From the sequence record OP114734.1: a DNA stretch of 64,000 nt. One strand, given 5' to 3'. This DNA comes from Escherichia phage vB_ESM-pEJ01. A model generated the notes under the pieces. That model made no database searches and had not been told where the DNA came from. It saw only the letters and a list, made by a program, of their open reading frames with translations. The position numbers and the translations under genes were made by a program. Below are positions 63,348 to 64,000 of the stretch, one piece after another. Position 1 is the stretch's first letter, and each line of letters begins with the position of its first letter.

Positions 63348-63604
63348 ACAGACCCCATAGATCCACGCGCAATAACATTCTGGGTAATATCAGCAACCTT
63401 ACGGGATACGATGTTTGTTAGCCCCTCTTTGGTGATATTTTCACGATCAAATGGGATTTCGTCATGAGTCCACAAACCATAGTTAGACCGAAATGATAGC
63501 ATATACTGACCATCTCGCACAACCTCAAATACATGGATCTTAGTGAATTTCGATAAACCTTCGTTGATTTCTTTCAGTGCATTAGTAATCATAACAACCT
63601 CCAA
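63344..63604 (-). CDS. hypothetical protein
   Basis: 86 aa track ORF; promoter 63618..63646 upstream. Confidence 0.4.
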   Translation of the reverse strand: MEVVMITNALKEINEGLSKFTKIHVFEVVRDGQYMLSFRSNYGLWTHDEIPFDRENITKEGLTNIVSRKVADITQNVIARGSMGSV

Positions 63605-63617
63605 TCAATTTTTAGAG

Positions 63618-63646
63618 AGTATAACGGGGATTTCTCCCCGCGTCAA
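63618..63646 (-). promoter_or_regulatory. sigma70-like promoter (TTGACG-17-TATACT) with hairpin in spacer
   Basis: spacer hairpin CGGGGAGAAATCCCCG, same family as 7641..7658. Confidence 0.45.
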
Positions 63647-64000
63647 CTAACTTTTTGCGTTATTTACTTCGGCTAAAAGTTCATCAGAAATACGCTTGAC
63701 CGCCGCAAGTTCTTCCGGTTCTAGGTTTTGTTCTTCCAGATATTCATAGACCATCTGAATAGTGCTTTTAACTTCAATAACACCTGTTTCCTGTGATGCG
63801 CTACTCTCCAGTTTATGGACCACCTTTAGCTTGTGTACAACGGCCTCTAACGCGCTTTCTAACTTAGTTAACCCATTATCAGCGACCGTTGCGATAAGAC
63901 GCACACTAAGCCCTTTAAAGCGTTCGACATCGATTTTATCGTCTGACGGGTAAGTGATACGCACATGATAAGTTTTGTCATTCTGAATAAACTCTTTTTT
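63647..64000 (-). CDS. 47: recombination endonuclease nuclease subunit gp47 (Mre11/SbcD-like), 3' part only
   Basis: reading frame is open to the window edge; ...YHVRITYPSDDKIDVERFKGLSVRLIATVADNGLTKLESALEAVVHKLKVV matches the remembered C-terminal region of T4 gp47; 5' end lies beyond position 64000. Confidence 0.75.
   Translation of the reverse strand, partial: KKEFIQNDKTYHVRITYPSDDKIDVERFKGLSVRLIATVADNGLTKLESALEAVVHKLKVVHKLESSASQETGVIEVKSTIQMVYEYLEEQNLEPEELAAVKRISDELLAEVNNAKS

Noticed and set aside
1-64000. tRNA genes, CRISPR arrays, rRNA
   Set aside because: No cloverleaf-compatible T-arm/anticodon patterns, no regularly spaced direct repeats, and no rRNA-like segments were seen; coding density is high throughout.

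Overview
This window is a 64 kb segment of a T4-like (Tevenvirinae-type) myophage genome, read by eye against remembered T4 protein sequences; no searches were run. Minus-strand early/middle genes run in T4 order: cd, pseT, rnlA, denA, nrdB, nrdA, td, frd, 32, 59, 33, dsbA, rnh, then (after the fibre block) 52, rIIB, rIIA, 39, dexA, dda, 56, 61, 41, uvsX, 43, regA, 62, 44, 45, rpbA, 46 and the 3' part of 47. A plus-strand late block (18.2-28.8 kb) carries long tail fibre genes 34-35-36-37 and holin t. At least four freestanding HNH homing endonuclease genes and many small accessory ORFs sit between the conserved genes. The minus-strand genes are served by a recurring sigma70-like promoter (TTGACA, 17 nt, TATAAT-like) that usually carries a GC-rich hairpin in or beside the -10. 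Best candidates for something new: a CYTH-like (triphosphate tunnel) protein inserted between dsbA and rnh; a 4.3 kb island of 13 small genes between holin and gene 52 that includes a DUF2829/Tad2-like protein and a secreted LprI-like protein; and a thymidylate synthase with a ~115 aa in-frame insertion. Several genes below the 60 aa cutoff of the ORF track were found by hand. Track ORFs use GTG/TTG starts in places, so some 5' ends were re-set to the ATG with a Shine-Dalgarno.
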